Counted from the stretch's first letter, positions 19,696-30,746 are shown. The stretch is DNA of 64,000 nt from Candidatus Versatilivorator sp. (GCA_965207735.1 OZ242296.1:2592001-2656000), one strand, 5' to 3'. Made by a program: numbers and translations. The notes: generated from the sequence alone by a model not told the origin.

Positions 19696-19750
19696 TCGCT
19701 TGCGTCAAGCCTGAGGCCGACACGGCGCCGCTCCCCTCGGACTCGTCCAG

Positions 19751-20575
19751 TTAGTCTTGGGGATCGAAGGCAACGATGGCAATCCCATGCCGATCTGCAA
19801 CCCTAATCAGTTCCGCTCGATCGAGGAGCAGTGTCTTACGCGCGTCGATTGCCAAAGCCGACGCATGGACCTCAGCCATCAGCCGAAGGGTGGGCACCCC
19901 GACAACCGGAACGTCAAAGCGCATGTCCTGCCGGGGCTTGCTGACCTTGATCACGGTCACCCGCTGATTGCCGGTAAGGCCGGCGGCCCGACGAATGGTG
20001 GCGTCGGTGCCTTCCATGGCTTCCACCGCGACACAAGCCTGGTCCCTGACCACCACCGATTGACCGATATCCATTCGAGCCATCTCCTTGGCAATCCCTC
20101 GACCGTAGTGAATGTCTCTGATCTCCGTATCGTTGGGAGGCCGTCTGGTCAGCACCCCGGCCTCAGGAATCAGCGGTTTCAGGAAAGCCGTGGAATCGAT
20201 CAAGTGAATCCCTTCCTGCTCAAGGACGTCCGCGACTGCTCCAATTAAGGAGTCGGTGTTCCTGGAACCCAAGCTCATCAAGAGTTTCAAGAGCTTTCGG
20301 TCCGGCACGATCGAACTGAAGATCTGCTTGTGCTGGACCTGACCCGCCATCAATGCCCGATCGACGCCTTCCCTTTTCAAGAGCTCAATGAGCTTCCCAA
20401 GCTGGCCCAGGCCGATCCAATGGGTCTTGAAGCCTGAATCGGCAATCCGCGGAAAGGCTTCTTCCTTGATGGCCACCACCACCACATCCACGCGCAGACT
20501 GCGCGCGGCCTCCAGCACCAGGAAAGGGAATTGGCCATTGCCGGCAATGAGGCCGTAGCGGCGCCGGTTCTGCAT
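19751..20575 (-). CDS. lpxI: UDP-2,3-diacylglucosamine pyrophosphatase LpxI
   Basis: GLIAGNGQFP, DIGQSVVV, AVEAMEGTD, KPRQDMRFDVPVVG. Confidence 0.93.
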   Translation of the reverse strand: MQNRRRYGLIAGNGQFPFLVLEAARSLRVDVVVVAIKEEAFPRIADSGFKTHWIGLGQLGKLIELLKREGVDRALMAGQVQHKQIFSSIVPDRKLLKLLMSLGSRNTDSLIGAVADVLEQEGIHLIDSTAFLKPLIPEAGVLTRRPPNDTEIRDIHYGRGIAKEMARMDIGQSVVVRDQACVAVEAMEGTDATIRRAAGLTGNQRVTVIKVSKPRQDMRFDVPVVGVPTLRLMAEVHASALAIDARKTLLLDRAELIRVADRHGIAIVAFDPQD

Positions 20576-20719
20576 CAGGACTTCCTTGGGGGAAGTTCTC
20601 AGACCGGCCGGGGCTTGGTCGTCACCGGACATGGGATTCACCGAAAGCCTCTCTACGGCTCCGGGCAGCATCGTCCGGGGCGTTCCGGGGAATGGGAAGG
20701 AGCGTCAAGCGCTCCCGGA

Positions 20720-21496
20720 TCACTTGATGATTCCCCGGTCACTGGTCTGAATGAAATCGATTAGTGCCTGCACTTCCGAGTTGCCGGAGAGGTCCTGCTT
20801 GAGTTGATCCAATGCCTGGGAGGTGTTGAGCCCCGATTGAAAAAGTACCCGATAGGCAGCCCGAATCGTCCTGATGGAATCGGCCGAGAATCCGCGGCGC
20901 TCCAGGCCGATGACGTTGACGCCATAGTTCTTGGCATCCCTGGCGCTCACCGTCTTGGAATAGGGAAGGACATCCTTGGTAATGACGGAGTAGCCACCTA
21001 CGAATCCGTAGATTCCCACCCTGCAAAACTGGTGAACCCCCGAAAAAGCCCCAACGGTAGCATGGTCGGCGACGGAGACGTGTCCTGCAAGCGTGGCTGC
21101 ATTGGCCAGCAGAACATGGTCTCCCAGGAAGCAGTCATGGGCAATGTGGCCGTAGGCCATGATGAAGTTGTGATTGCCAATCGACGTCCGTCCCCCTCCC
21201 CCGGCTGTGCCTCGATTCACCGTGACGTACTCCCGAAAGGTATTGTGGTCGCCGATGACCAGCTCGGTTCGTTCCCCGCCATACTTGAGATCCTGGGGTG
21301 GAAAGCCAATGGAGCAGAAGGGAAAGAAATGACAGTGGATCCCTATCCTGGTCGGCCCTTGAATGACGGTGTGGGCATCTACCCGACAATGGTCTCCCAC
21401 AACCACGTCGTCTTCCACGATCGCGTAGGGGCCGATGGACACCTCTTGGCCCAGAGAGGCCTTGGCGCTCACCACCGCCGTGGGGTGAATGCTCAT
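20720..21496 (-). CDS. lpxA: Acyl-ACP--UDP-N-acetylglucosamine acyltransferase
   Basis: IHPTAVV hexapeptide repeats, PQDLKY, REYVTVNRGT, HIAHDC, LAGHV, VHQFCRVG. Confidence 0.96.
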   Translation of the reverse strand: MSIHPTAVVSAKASLGQEVSIGPYAIVEDDVVVGDHCRVDAHTVIQGPTRIGIHCHFFPFCSIGFPPQDLKYGGERTELVIGDHNTFREYVTVNRGTAGGGGRTSIGNHNFIMAYGHIAHDCFLGDHVLLANAATLAGHVSVADHATVGAFSGVHQFCRVGIYGFVGGYSVITKDVLPYSKTVSARDAKNYGVNVIGLERRGFSADSIRTIRAAYRVLFQSGLNTSQALDQLKQDLSGNSEVQALIDFIQTSDRGIIK

Positions 21497-21936
21497 TGAT
21501 TCCCCCGGTCCACAATCGTCGACAAGATCTCAGCTTCAGCCACCCGTACCCCATCCACAAAGGCTTCACCGCGCAGCTTTCCCAGCCGGGGCTTCAACCG
21601 TAGCACCTCCACCACCAGCTCCAGCCGGTCTCCGGGAACCACGGGCCGGCGAAATCGAGCCTTGTCTATTCCCGAAAAGTAGACCAGTTTCTTCTCTCGA
21701 TCCGGAATCTCCCGAAGCACCAGGACCGCTGCCACCTGGGCAATGGCCTCGATGATGAGGACCCCCGGCATGACGGGAGTCCCCGGGAAGTGGCCACTGA
21801 AAAAGGGTTCGTTCACCGTCACACTCTTGAGTCCGACGATTCTCTTGCCGGGTTCCAGCTCGCTGATCGCATCCACCAACAGGAATGGATAGCGGTGCGG
21901 AATGATCTTTTGTATCTGATTGGAATTCAAGAGCAT
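21493..21936 (-). CDS. fabZ: 3-hydroxyacyl-ACP dehydratase
   Basis: PHRYPFLLVD, GHFPGTPVMPGVLIIEA. Confidence 0.97.
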   Translation of the reverse strand: MLLNSNQIQKIIPHRYPFLLVDAISELEPGKRIVGLKSVTVNEPFFSGHFPGTPVMPGVLIIEAIAQVAAVLVLREIPDREKKLVYFSGIDKARFRRPVVPGDRLELVVEVLRLKPRLGKLRGEAFVDGVRVAEAEILSTIVDRGNQ

Positions 21937-22323
21937 CGGTCTAACCCCGAGTCCAAGATCGCCCAGTCTGGGTGGGAAAAGAATATAGCACAGGCTTCCC
22001 AGGACTCTGAAGGGTACGAACCGGGAACATGGTTTGCATCACGCTCAGGAAGCGGGCAAGAGGCCTTGTGCAGGCCTCAAGAATCACTCCCCCTTGAGGG
22101 GACAAGGGCGCAGCCCGCAGTCGAGCCGGAGGGAGGCAAACACCCCCTCCCGTGATTGGATATCAGCCGGCCCGGACAGCGGCGCGTTGGCGGTGTCCTT
22201 GGAGGGATCGAGGGCATGCGGCCGGTCTCATGGCGCACACTCGGCCAATTGAAAAGGACACCACTCGGCCAGGGGGACGCGTTGTCCCCCTCCGGTGTGC
22301 TTGTCTTCCTGATGGACTGTCCG

Positions 22324-22905
22324 CTATTGGGCGGGTGGGGGAGTGGCCGGGGGACTGCTGGGGGAGGTCTGGGACAGGTTATACCGCTTGACAATGTCCG
22401 CGGTGATGTCCACCGAGCTGGCACTGAACAGAACCTGGCTGTTCTGGCTGGATGAATTCAGAATCAGGTAGAAGTTGTTCTCGCCCGCATATTTTTGAAC
22501 CTCGGCGAGTATCTTTCTGCCGACCCTGTTGTAGATTTCGGTCCGCAGTTGATTCAACTCCCTTTGAGCATCTTCGTTAGCCCGCTGAAAATCAATCTGC
22601 TTTCTTTCCAGGTTTCTGCCGAGGGCCGCCTGCGCCTCCTGGTTCAAAGTGGCTCCCTGGCGTTGAATTTGAGCCTGAAGATCCTGGATTTCCTTCTGCT
22701 GCTTGGCCAACTCTTGCTGTTTGGCATCTGCCTTCTTCTGCAGATCGGCCATGGCGCTCTTTCCCTCCTCCGACTCGAATATGGCGCGGTCGACCTGGAG
22801 GACTCCCACCTTTACCATCTCCTGGCCCTGGACCTGCAACGGGCCGATCAGACCAAGTAGAAGAACGGACAAGAATGCGGCGATCCCTCGATGCTTCCTG
22901 ATCAT
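22324..22905 (-). CDS. skp: OmpH/Skp periplasmic chaperone
   Basis: Signal peptide, KVGVLQV, Q/K/E coiled coil, VDITADIVKRYN; lies between bamA and fabZ. Confidence 0.88.
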   Translation of the reverse strand: MIRKHRGIAAFLSVLLLGLIGPLQVQGQEMVKVGVLQVDRAIFESEEGKSAMADLQKKADAKQQELAKQQKEIQDLQAQIQRQGATLNQEAQAALGRNLERKQIDFQRANEDAQRELNQLRTEIYNRVGRKILAEVQKYAGENNFYLILNSSSQNSQVLFSASSVDITADIVKRYNLSQTSPSSPPATPPPAQ

Positions 22906-23006
22906 GACACACAGACTCCTTAATCGCTGTTTATGCGTTGCTCAACACAAATGATACTGCCCTAGCTTACCAGTCCTTTCTCTATTTTTGAAGGGACTCG
23001 GTAATT

Positions 23007-24758
23007 CTATTCAGCCACGACCAGGGGAAGATCGACCGGCACGGCCACCAGGAACCCCCCGGTGCGCTCGGTGCTGGTTATCAAAGCCACCGCAATCATG
23101 GGCTGGGCCGTGGGAGAATCGATCTCCAGTGGGCCGAAACTGCTTCCCAAACCAAGGTCGCCGAGAACATCGTCGGTAACGTGAAAACCATTGGGTGGAA
23201 TCTGGATGCCACCCATCAGACCGGTCTCTTCGCCGGTCTCCCTGTCCCTGGCCCGAATACGGGCGGCTGCGCTGAGGCCGCCCAGGTTCATGATGACCAG
23301 CTTGGTCCGGAAACGTCCCTGGTTGGTGGATGAGCTGAGCAGCAGTCTGGGCGAACCCTGAGAAACCCCGACCTGCAGGGACGGATCCTGCGTTTCGTTG
23401 TCGATCAGGGAAACAAAGCTGTTGAACGGCCGGTCCGAAATCACGCGCAGCGAGCCGGAGGTGTCGGTGACTGCGCTGGCCCGCATCGCGAACCTCAGGA
23501 CATTGTTGATTTGCAGGAACCCCCGTGGTCCGACCGTGGCCGTGCGTTCCCGGCTGCTCATCCCCTCCTGATTTGCCCAGCTTATGGAAACCGTGGCTTC
23601 CTGTTCGTCCAGGTTGCGGATTCCAAGATTGGTCCGAAACTGCGAGGTGTCCGAGACCAGGGGGAAGTGATTGACGAATCCCATGGACACGATTTCGATG
23701 GTATCGCGGGTGGGGTTGGCCACCAGAAGGGTGTTGTTGTTGGGATTGACCGAAACGTGAGTGGGATTGGCGCCCACGAAAATCGACGAGGTGGTGAGCT
23801 TGCGCAGGGTAGTCGGATCGATCAGACCGAACGTTCTTGTCTCGGGCAACAGGGCAGCGACCATCCCGGTCTTGGGGTTGATGGCGACGGACCCTGGAGC
23901 GGTGTTCAAGGGCACCAGGCCCGCCAGAGTGGAAGGAATGCCGGAGGTGTCCAGCACGGCAATGGCCCGGCCAGGGCCAACGGCAACCGCGGCAAATTCG
24001 AGTTCGGAGCTTATCGCAACTTCCAGGGGCCCACTGCCCAGGAAGATGCTGCCTACCACGGTGGCAATTTTCCGTTCGAGGTTGTAACGGACCATCTGCA
24101 GGCTGGCGTCGCCGTGAGTGGCCACCAGGGCCAGGTCGTTTTTCTGGTCGTAAGCGACGCTGATGGGGTTGGCCCCGACGGGGATCGGCGCCGGCAACAC
24201 CGGGGTATTGGTGTCGAGATCCAGCAACTCGACGCTGTTCCCGTTCACCAGAGCGATGACGGCAATGTTGTTGTCGGTGTCAATGGCGACGCTCCGGGGT
24301 AAAGACCCGGCCGTTCCGACCGGAACCACGGCTTCGGTGGCCAGGCACTCATTGTCGATGTCCTCGTCGTCATCAGCGCTGGCCAAGCACGCATGATTAA
24401 GATTGACGATGGAGACGTTGTCGCTCCCGGTATTGACAACCACCGCCTTTCCCGTGGTTTCGTTCACCGCCACCACTTGGGGCGATGCCACCGACATGGG
24501 TCGGCCCTCCTCATCCAGGAAGGGATCGCCGTTGCCATCCACATACAGTGGGATTCTCTTGTAGGTAGGAGCCGCCTTGCTCAGGTTGACCACGTATAAC
24601 TCCCTCGAGTTGCGACCCACCACCAGAGCCTGATTGGTGGCCGGCCTCACCAGCGAATAGACCGGAAAGGTCCCGGGAGAAAAAAGCACCTCTTGTGCCC
24701 GCCCGCCCTGAGGGGCGCACACCAGCAGCAACACCAGGAAAACGAAGAAATGCTTCAT
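23007..24758 (-). CDS. Secreted YVTN/YncE-like beta-propeller protein with duplicated C-terminal domain
   Basis: Signal peptide; repeats VVNTGSDNVSIV, IPVGANPISVA, VGANPTHVSV, VANPTRDTIEI; C-terminal FRTNLGIRNL and FRTKLVIMNL units. Confidence 0.7.
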   Translation of the reverse strand: MKHFFVFLVLLLVCAPQGGRAQEVLFSPGTFPVYSLVRPATNQALVVGRNSRELYVVNLSKAAPTYKRIPLYVDGNGDPFLDEEGRPMSVASPQVVAVNETTGKAVVVNTGSDNVSIVNLNHACLASADDDEDIDNECLATEAVVPVGTAGSLPRSVAIDTDNNIAVIALVNGNSVELLDLDTNTPVLPAPIPVGANPISVAYDQKNDLALVATHGDASLQMVRYNLERKIATVVGSIFLGSGPLEVAISSELEFAAVAVGPGRAIAVLDTSGIPSTLAGLVPLNTAPGSVAINPKTGMVAALLPETRTFGLIDPTTLRKLTTSSIFVGANPTHVSVNPNNNTLLVANPTRDTIEIVSMGFVNHFPLVSDTSQFRTNLGIRNLDEQEATVSISWANQEGMSSRERTATVGPRGFLQINNVLRFAMRASAVTDTSGSLRVISDRPFNSFVSLIDNETQDPSLQVGVSQGSPRLLLSSSTNQGRFRTKLVIMNLGGLSAAARIRARDRETGEETGLMGGIQIPPNGFHVTDDVLGDLGLGSSFGPLEIDSPTAQPMIAVALITSTERTGGFLVAVPVDLPLVVAE

Positions 24759-24794
24759 GAAGGAGTGTCCTTGTATGACAGTCTGCCGGAGGAT

Positions 24795-27491
24795 TCAGAA
24801 GGTCCGACCCACCGAGAATTTAACGTCGCTACGCTTTTCGAAAACAATGGGAATCGAGGCGGCTCCGGTCGGATTCGGCACAAACTCGTTGAACCGCAAG
24901 GGATTGTATCCAAAAATCAAACGGAAGGGGGCATTGACCACCGGCATGATGATCTGAAGCTCGACCCCCGTGCTGGCCCTCCACTTGTCGGTCCCCGGAA
25001 TGACCTGCACTTCTTCCCCGGCTCGGACGGGCCGGAAGTCCCCATCCTCCAGCACCACCAGCCCCGCGGTGGAATTATCGGCAATGGTCAGGGCCGCCCG
25101 CCTCATCACCCAGGATCTTCCGATATCGAAAAAGGGCGCCAGCGTTACCGGACCCATGATCGGAATACGATACTCCAGGTTGTAGACCACCTGGGTATCT
25201 CCGCCCACGAACTGAAAGCTGCTGAAATAGCGGGGTTCCTGCCTCACCAGATTCTGACCCGTAAGGGGATCGATCTGGGGGGTGCCGTCCGGATTGAGCA
25301 CGGGCACCGTTTCCGTCCTCTCGAAGGTCGTCAGGGCCAGCGGGCTGATGAGGCGAATGTCGAAACCGCGAATGCTGTCCTCGCCTCCGATAAACTGCCG
25401 GTCGAAGACGGGAGGCTGCAGACCGTCGAAACCGCTGACAAAGGAGTACAAGCCGCGCATGCCGATGGTGTTTCTGCCCTTGTTGACCGGCTTGAACCAC
25501 TTGGCTTCCACCGTGGGCCGTACGATGTTGGCTCCTCCCCTCAGCACCGGCCCCCCGGTGAACTGCAGGAACAGGGACAAGCTCTTGCCCCTGGTGGGCT
25601 GAAAGGGGTTGTCGACGGTGTTGTAGGTGAGCGACGGGGTGACGGTGCTGCGCACCAGCCCCTCGAAAGCCGTGCGGCCGGAGAATCGATCGGCGGGCCA
25701 GAGTGCGCCGAAGAAGGACTCGTTATCATCGGAGCTGAACCCGGTCGAGGACTTGTCCAATCCGTAGCTGATGCCGAAGTGGGTGAAGGGACGGACCGGG
25801 TAGCTGGCGAAAGTGGTGAACCCGGTGCTGTTCTGGGAGAACAGCTCCGACCCCAGCGGCACCAACCCGCTGAAAAAGCCCAGCGTGTCGGCTTCGTGAA
25901 AGCTGTAGCGTCGATGGAACACCGTAAATCCCGTGGTCAAGGGCCGATCGCGGAAGTAGGGTTCGGTGAAGCTGAAGACATACTGGGAGGCTCGAGTCCC
26001 CCCTTGGGCCTGGATGCTGATGGACTCACCGTGACCCATGAAGTTGTTGGTGGAGTAGCCGGCGCCGATGAAACTGCCGCCAAAGCCGCTGGTGCCTCCT
26101 GAAAAGGAGACCGAATTCTTGCCCTTTTCCTTTACCTTGAGGACGACGTCGACCTGGCCGGTCTTGTCGTCTCCGGCCGTGGGATCGGGCTTGATCTCCG
26201 CGTCTTCCTCGGCCTTGAGCTGGTCGAAGTAGCCCAACTGGTTCAACCTCAGGACGCTCACGTCCCACAACTGCGTGTTGAATATCCCGCCCTCGTACAC
26301 CAGTACTTCCCGCCGGATCACCTTGTCCCTGGTGGTGGTGTTGCCCACGAAGTCCATGCGCCTCAAATAAAACTGCCGGCCTTCTTCAAAGTCGAAGACG
26401 ACGTTGACCACCTTGTTGACCTCATCCACTTCCTGCCGCGGGATTGGAGTCCAATTGATATAGCCCCTGGAGCCATAAATCTTCTTGAGGTTCTCAAATC
26501 CCTCCCGGATCAACTCTCCGTTGAAGACCTCGCCTTCCTTCATGCCAAGCACCCTCAAAAGGATCTTGTCTTCGAACAGGGTATTGCCGGTGAACTGCAG
26601 GTCGCCCACCCTGTACTGATCGTTCTCCTCCAGGTCGACATCGATGAAGACGCGCTTCGCCGTCTTGCGCCTGAAGGGAATCGGAAACCATGACCACCGT
26701 TTCACGTCCCGCACCTCGACCCTGGGCTCCTTGATCAGGAGCTTGATGTGGCCCTTCTCGTGGTATTTGGCGCGGACCCCCAGTTCCAGCGACCCCTCGA
26801 GCCTGCGCATCTCATACTTGGACTTGCCGGTAAAGAAAGAGATGAGGCCGGTCTCCTTGATGAACTTCATCGAACTGCGCAGTTCCTTGTCCGAGTAGAC
26901 GCTGTTGCCGTGAAAGTCGATCTTCTCGACCTTGACCTTGGGGCCTTCCACGATCACAAAGGTGAGAAGCTTGGAGTTGGGCGGGACATCCTCCGTCTTG
27001 TAGCTGATCTCGGCGTACTGGCGGCCCTTCTCGGCCAACAGATCCGTCAAGACCACGATGGCTCGTTGAATCTTGGTGGGATCGAAGGGAGTTTCGATCC
27101 CGACACCCACCTTTTCTTCCTGGTATTTCTCCAGCACCTCGGTCTGGGTGGCCGATTTCAATCCCTCATATTCGATGCTCCGGATCATGGGCCGTTCCTG
27201 CACATAGATGATCACGATCTTGCCGCGCTCGCCGTCCTCCAACTCGAACCGAACGTCGTCAAAGTACCCCGTCTCCCAAACGGTTCGATAGTCGCGCCGC
27301 AGCAACGCCGGATCCAGAAAGTCGTTGGGCTTGGAGAGAATGTGGAATTTGACCGTTTCCTGGGGAACTCTCCTGGTTCCTCTGACTTCTATGTTTTCAA
27401 TCACTTCTTTCTTCTGAGCCCACGCCGCTCCCTGCCATCCGCTCAGCGCCAGCAGGAGCGCCACGCACGCAACGAGGAGATTCTTACCCAT
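24795..27491 (-). CDS. bamA: Outer membrane protein assembly factor BamA
   Basis: POTRA domains, TRDKVIRRE, LNQLGYF, FIGGEDSIRGF (VRGF-type motif), C-terminal FSVGRTF. Confidence 0.95.
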   Translation of the reverse strand: MGKNLLVACVALLLALSGWQGAAWAQKKEVIENIEVRGTRRVPQETVKFHILSKPNDFLDPALLRRDYRTVWETGYFDDVRFELEDGERGKIVIIYVQERPMIRSIEYEGLKSATQTEVLEKYQEEKVGVGIETPFDPTKIQRAIVVLTDLLAEKGRQYAEISYKTEDVPPNSKLLTFVIVEGPKVKVEKIDFHGNSVYSDKELRSSMKFIKETGLISFFTGKSKYEMRRLEGSLELGVRAKYHEKGHIKLLIKEPRVEVRDVKRWSWFPIPFRRKTAKRVFIDVDLEENDQYRVGDLQFTGNTLFEDKILLRVLGMKEGEVFNGELIREGFENLKKIYGSRGYINWTPIPRQEVDEVNKVVNVVFDFEEGRQFYLRRMDFVGNTTTRDKVIRREVLVYEGGIFNTQLWDVSVLRLNQLGYFDQLKAEEDAEIKPDPTAGDDKTGQVDVVLKVKEKGKNSVSFSGGTSGFGGSFIGAGYSTNNFMGHGESISIQAQGGTRASQYVFSFTEPYFRDRPLTTGFTVFHRRYSFHEADTLGFFSGLVPLGSELFSQNSTGFTTFASYPVRPFTHFGISYGLDKSSTGFSSDDNESFFGALWPADRFSGRTAFEGLVRSTVTPSLTYNTVDNPFQPTRGKSLSLFLQFTGGPVLRGGANIVRPTVEAKWFKPVNKGRNTIGMRGLYSFVSGFDGLQPPVFDRQFIGGEDSIRGFDIRLISPLALTTFERTETVPVLNPDGTPQIDPLTGQNLVRQEPRYFSSFQFVGGDTQVVYNLEYRIPIMGPVTLAPFFDIGRSWVMRRAALTIADNSTAGLVVLEDGDFRPVRAGEEVQVIPGTDKWRASTGVELQIIMPVVNAPFRLIFGYNPLRFNEFVPNPTGAASIPIVFEKRSDVKFSVGRTF

Positions 27492-27577
27492 TGCTGCCTC
27501 CACAACACGGCTGAATGAGAGAGTGCATCTTTGCCGGAAGCCCTTGGAAACGAATGTAGGATGCAGATTGGCGGGAA

Positions 27578-30016
27578 TTATTTGTATAGCAGAGAGGTCT
27601 CAATGATTGTTTTTTTCAGATCGCGATAGTAAAGGCCCTTATCCACCTCGTAGATTTCGATTTCAGAGCCCGGCTCGACATCTCCCTGAATGAGGGCTTC
27701 GGATAACGGGTCCTCTACGTACCGTTGCAGGGCCCGGCGCAGAGGTCTGGCCCCGTAAGACCGGTCATGGCAGGTTTTTTCAAGGATCCAACGCGTAGCG
27801 TCGGGGGTTAGGGAGATCTTGACGTTTTTGGCCACCATGCTGGCGTTGATCTGATCCACCAACAACTCGACGATCTTCTCCAGGTCATCATCCGTCAGCG
27901 AATTGAAGACGATGACCTCGTCCAGGCGGTTGATGAATTCCGGATTGAAAGCCTTCTTGACCTCGGAGAGAACCATCTCCTCCATCCTGGCCTCGTTAAT
28001 ATCCCTGTTGGTGCCGTGAAACCCGAGTTGATGCTTCTTCTCCAGGAACCGAGCCCCCAGGTTGGAGGTCATGATGATGATGGTGTTCTTGAAGTCGACC
28101 GTATTGCCGAGCCCGTCGGTAAGCTGCCCGTCCTCGAAAACCTGGAGCAGGATGTTGAACAGATCCTGATGAGATTTTTCGATCTCGTCGAGCAGGATGA
28201 TGGAATAGGGCGCCCTCTTGACGCGCTCTGTCAGTTGCCCCCCCTCTTCGTAACCCACGTAGCCCGGCGGCGAACCGATGAACTTGGAGACCGAGTGCTT
28301 CTCCATGTACTCCGACATGTCGAACCGGATCAAAGCCTTCTCCGTGCCGAACAGGAAGTGCGCCAGCGAGCGAGCCATCTCGGTCTTGCCCACACCGGTA
28401 GGCCCCAGGAAGAGGAAGGAACCCACTGGACGATTGGGACTCTTGAGCCCTGCCCGAGACCTGCGTATGGCCCGAGCCAGAGCTCCGATGGCCTTGTCCT
28501 GGCTGATGACGCGCTTGTGCAGCCCTTCCTCGATACGCATCAGCTTGGCCATCTCCTCCTCCTTGATGGCCATCACGGGAATCCCCGTCCATTTGGCGAC
28601 AACGCTCTCGATGTCTTCCTTGGTCACCGTGCCGCCACCGGAGTCGTCCAGGTTGAACTTCTCCTGAATCGACCGCAAGTGTTCCAGGGCGATGCGCTCC
28701 TCGTTGCGATAGATCTCCGCCTTTTCGAACTCATTGTTGGAGATGGCCGATTCCATGCGAGCCACGATCACCTTGATCTTCTTCTGCATCTCCGTCATTT
28801 CCTTGGGAAGGCTGTCCTGGCGCAACTTGACCCTGGCGCCCGCTTCATCGATCAAATCGATGGCCTTGTCCGGCAGGAAACGATCCGGAATGTAGCGATT
28901 GGCCTGATAGACGGCGGTCTCGATGGCCGCCGAGTCATAGCTCAACATGTGAAACTTTTCGTAGCGCTCCTTGACCCCGTTGAGAATTCGTACGGCTTCT
29001 TCTTCCGAGGGAGGCGGAACCTTGACCGCCTGAAACCGTCTTTCGAGCGATCGATCCTTCTCGATGGACTTGCGGAACTCTCCCGGCGTGGTGGCACCGA
29101 TACACTGGATCTCCCCCCGGCTCAGAGCCGGCTTCAGAATGTTGGCGGCGTCCAGCGAGCCCTCTGCCGAACCGGCGCCCACCAGGGTATGCAGCTCATC
29201 CACGAACACGATCGAATTGCGATTCTCGATGAGCTCCTTCATGATCGTCTTCAGCCGTTCCTCGAACTGGCCCCGGTACTTGGTGCCGGCCACGATCAAC
29301 GAAAGGTCGAGAGCCAGAATTCGCTTGTCGGCCAGATAGCTGGGCACCTCGTTCTCGACGATTCGTTGCGCCAAACCCTCGACGATGGCTGTCTTGCCGA
29401 CTCCAGGCTCGCCAATCAGAACCGGATTGTTCTTGGTGCGCCGGCAGAGAATCTGGATCACTCGTTCGATTTCATTGTCTCGCCCCACCAGGGGATCCAA
29501 AGTGCTTTCAACGGCCAATTGGGTCAAATCTCGACTGAATTCCGACAGCAGGGGCGTTTCCTTGGACCGGCTGACCACGGGCTTTTCCGAGTGGGTGCGA
29601 CTCAGCTCCTCGCGGATTGAAGTCAGCTTGAGCCCTCGTTCATGCAGAATCTCCGCGGCCAGGCACTTGTCTTCGCGAAGAATCCCCAACAGCAGGTGTT
29701 CGGTCCCGATATGCCGGTGGCGCAGGCGTTCAGCCTCGTCGGCGGCGAAGGTGAGGATTCGCTTGCATTCCGTACTCAAGGGAAGATCGATCGAAGTCGG
29801 CACCTTCTCCCGAATAATGGTTCGTCCCTCAATATCTTTCTTGATGGAATCGATGGAAGAGTGAGACCTCAGGAAACGATTGGTCAGACTCTTGTCCTCC
29901 CGCATCAGTCCCAGGAGAAGGTGTTCGGTCTCAATGGAGGGGCTTCCGAATTGGCTGGCTTCGTACCGAGCGAAAAAGATCACGCGTCTGGCTTTTTCGG
30001 TGTATCGCTCAAACAT
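27578..30016 (-). CDS. clpC: ATP-dependent Clp protease ATP-binding subunit ClpC
   Basis: Clp_N repeats; two AAA+ modules ([16 protein letters not shown]); LGF ClpP-binding-like loop; GARPLRR. Confidence 0.93.
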   Translation of the reverse strand: MFERYTEKARRVIFFARYEASQFGSPSIETEHLLLGLMREDKSLTNRFLRSHSSIDSIKKDIEGRTIIREKVPTSIDLPLSTECKRILTFAADEAERLRHRHIGTEHLLLGILREDKCLAAEILHERGLKLTSIREELSRTHSEKPVVSRSKETPLLSEFSRDLTQLAVESTLDPLVGRDNEIERVIQILCRRTKNNPVLIGEPGVGKTAIVEGLAQRIVENEVPSYLADKRILALDLSLIVAGTKYRGQFEERLKTIMKELIENRNSIVFVDELHTLVGAGSAEGSLDAANILKPALSRGEIQCIGATTPGEFRKSIEKDRSLERRFQAVKVPPPSEEEAVRILNGVKERYEKFHMLSYDSAAIETAVYQANRYIPDRFLPDKAIDLIDEAGARVKLRQDSLPKEMTEMQKKIKVIVARMESAISNNEFEKAEIYRNEERIALEHLRSIQEKFNLDDSGGGTVTKEDIESVVAKWTGIPVMAIKEEEMAKLMRIEEGLHKRVISQDKAIGALARAIRRSRAGLKSPNRPVGSFLFLGPTGVGKTEMARSLAHFLFGTEKALIRFDMSEYMEKHSVSKFIGSPPGYVGYEEGGQLTERVKRAPYSIILLDEIEKSHQDLFNILLQVFEDGQLTDGLGNTVDFKNTIIIMTSNLGARFLEKKHQLGFHGTNRDINEARMEEMVLSEVKKAFNPEFINRLDEVIVFNSLTDDDLEKIVELLVDQINASMVAKNVKISLTPDATRWILEKTCHDRSYGARPLRRALQRYVEDPLSEALIQGDVEPGSEIEIYEVDKGLYYRDLKKTIIETSLLYK

Positions 30017-30746
30017 GAGTATCGCCGACGGCTTGCAAGCTGCCGTTCTCTAACTTGAGAATTCGGTCGCACTTGGAAGCTATTCTAGCATTGTGCGTGA
30101 CAACGATGGAAGTATGTTTTTTGTCGCGCTGGATCTCCCGAAAAAGCTCGAAAACCCTTGTCCCTGTTCGGCTATCCAGGTTTCCGGTCGGCTCGTCGGC
30201 CAGCACAAGTCGAGGCCGATTCACCAGCGCTCGAGCGATGGCGACCCGCTGCTGCTCCCCCCCCGACAGCTCTCCCGGACGATGATGCAGCCGCGTTTCC
30301 AGACCCACCAGGGCAAGCATTTCCCTCCCTGTCCCTTCGTCCCGGAAGCTGCCTGAAACTCTCTGCGGCATGCTGACGTTCTCCAGTGCCGAGAATTCGG
30401 GAAGCAGGTTGTGAAACTGAAAGACAAACCCCACCGAGGACCTCCGGAACCGGGCCAGGCCTTCGGCGTCCAGATCCTGAAGGTCAACTCCCCCGTACCG
30501 GACCGACCCGTTTGTCGGACGGTCCAGGGCGCCCAGAATATGCAGCAGCGTGCTCTTGCCGGAACCTGACTGGCCGACCACCGCAACCATTTCTCCCGGA
30601 CTGACCGCCAGGTTCAGACCCTTCAGAACTTCCAGGCGCTGACTCGGCATGGAATAGAACTTGTCCAGATCCCGGACTTCAATGGCAGGCGGGTAGCCTG
30701 GGGCACCGGCGACGGAGCCGGCCGGCCGGTGTGAATCGCTACTCAT
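30009..30746 (-). CDS. lolD: Lipoprotein-releasing ABC transporter ATPase
   Basis: GQSGSGKST, FVFQFHNLLPEFSALENV, LSGGEQQRVAIARAL, ADEPTGNLD. Confidence 0.9.
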   Translation of the reverse strand: MSSDSHRPAGSVAGAPGYPPAIEVRDLDKFYSMPSQRLEVLKGLNLAVSPGEMVAVVGQSGSGKSTLLHILGALDRPTNGSVRYGGVDLQDLDAEGLARFRRSSVGFVFQFHNLLPEFSALENVSMPQRVSGSFRDEGTGREMLALVGLETRLHHRPGELSGGEQQRVAIARALVNRPRLVLADEPTGNLDSRTGTRVFELFREIQRDKKHTSIVVTHNARIASKCDRILKLENGSLQAVGDTHV

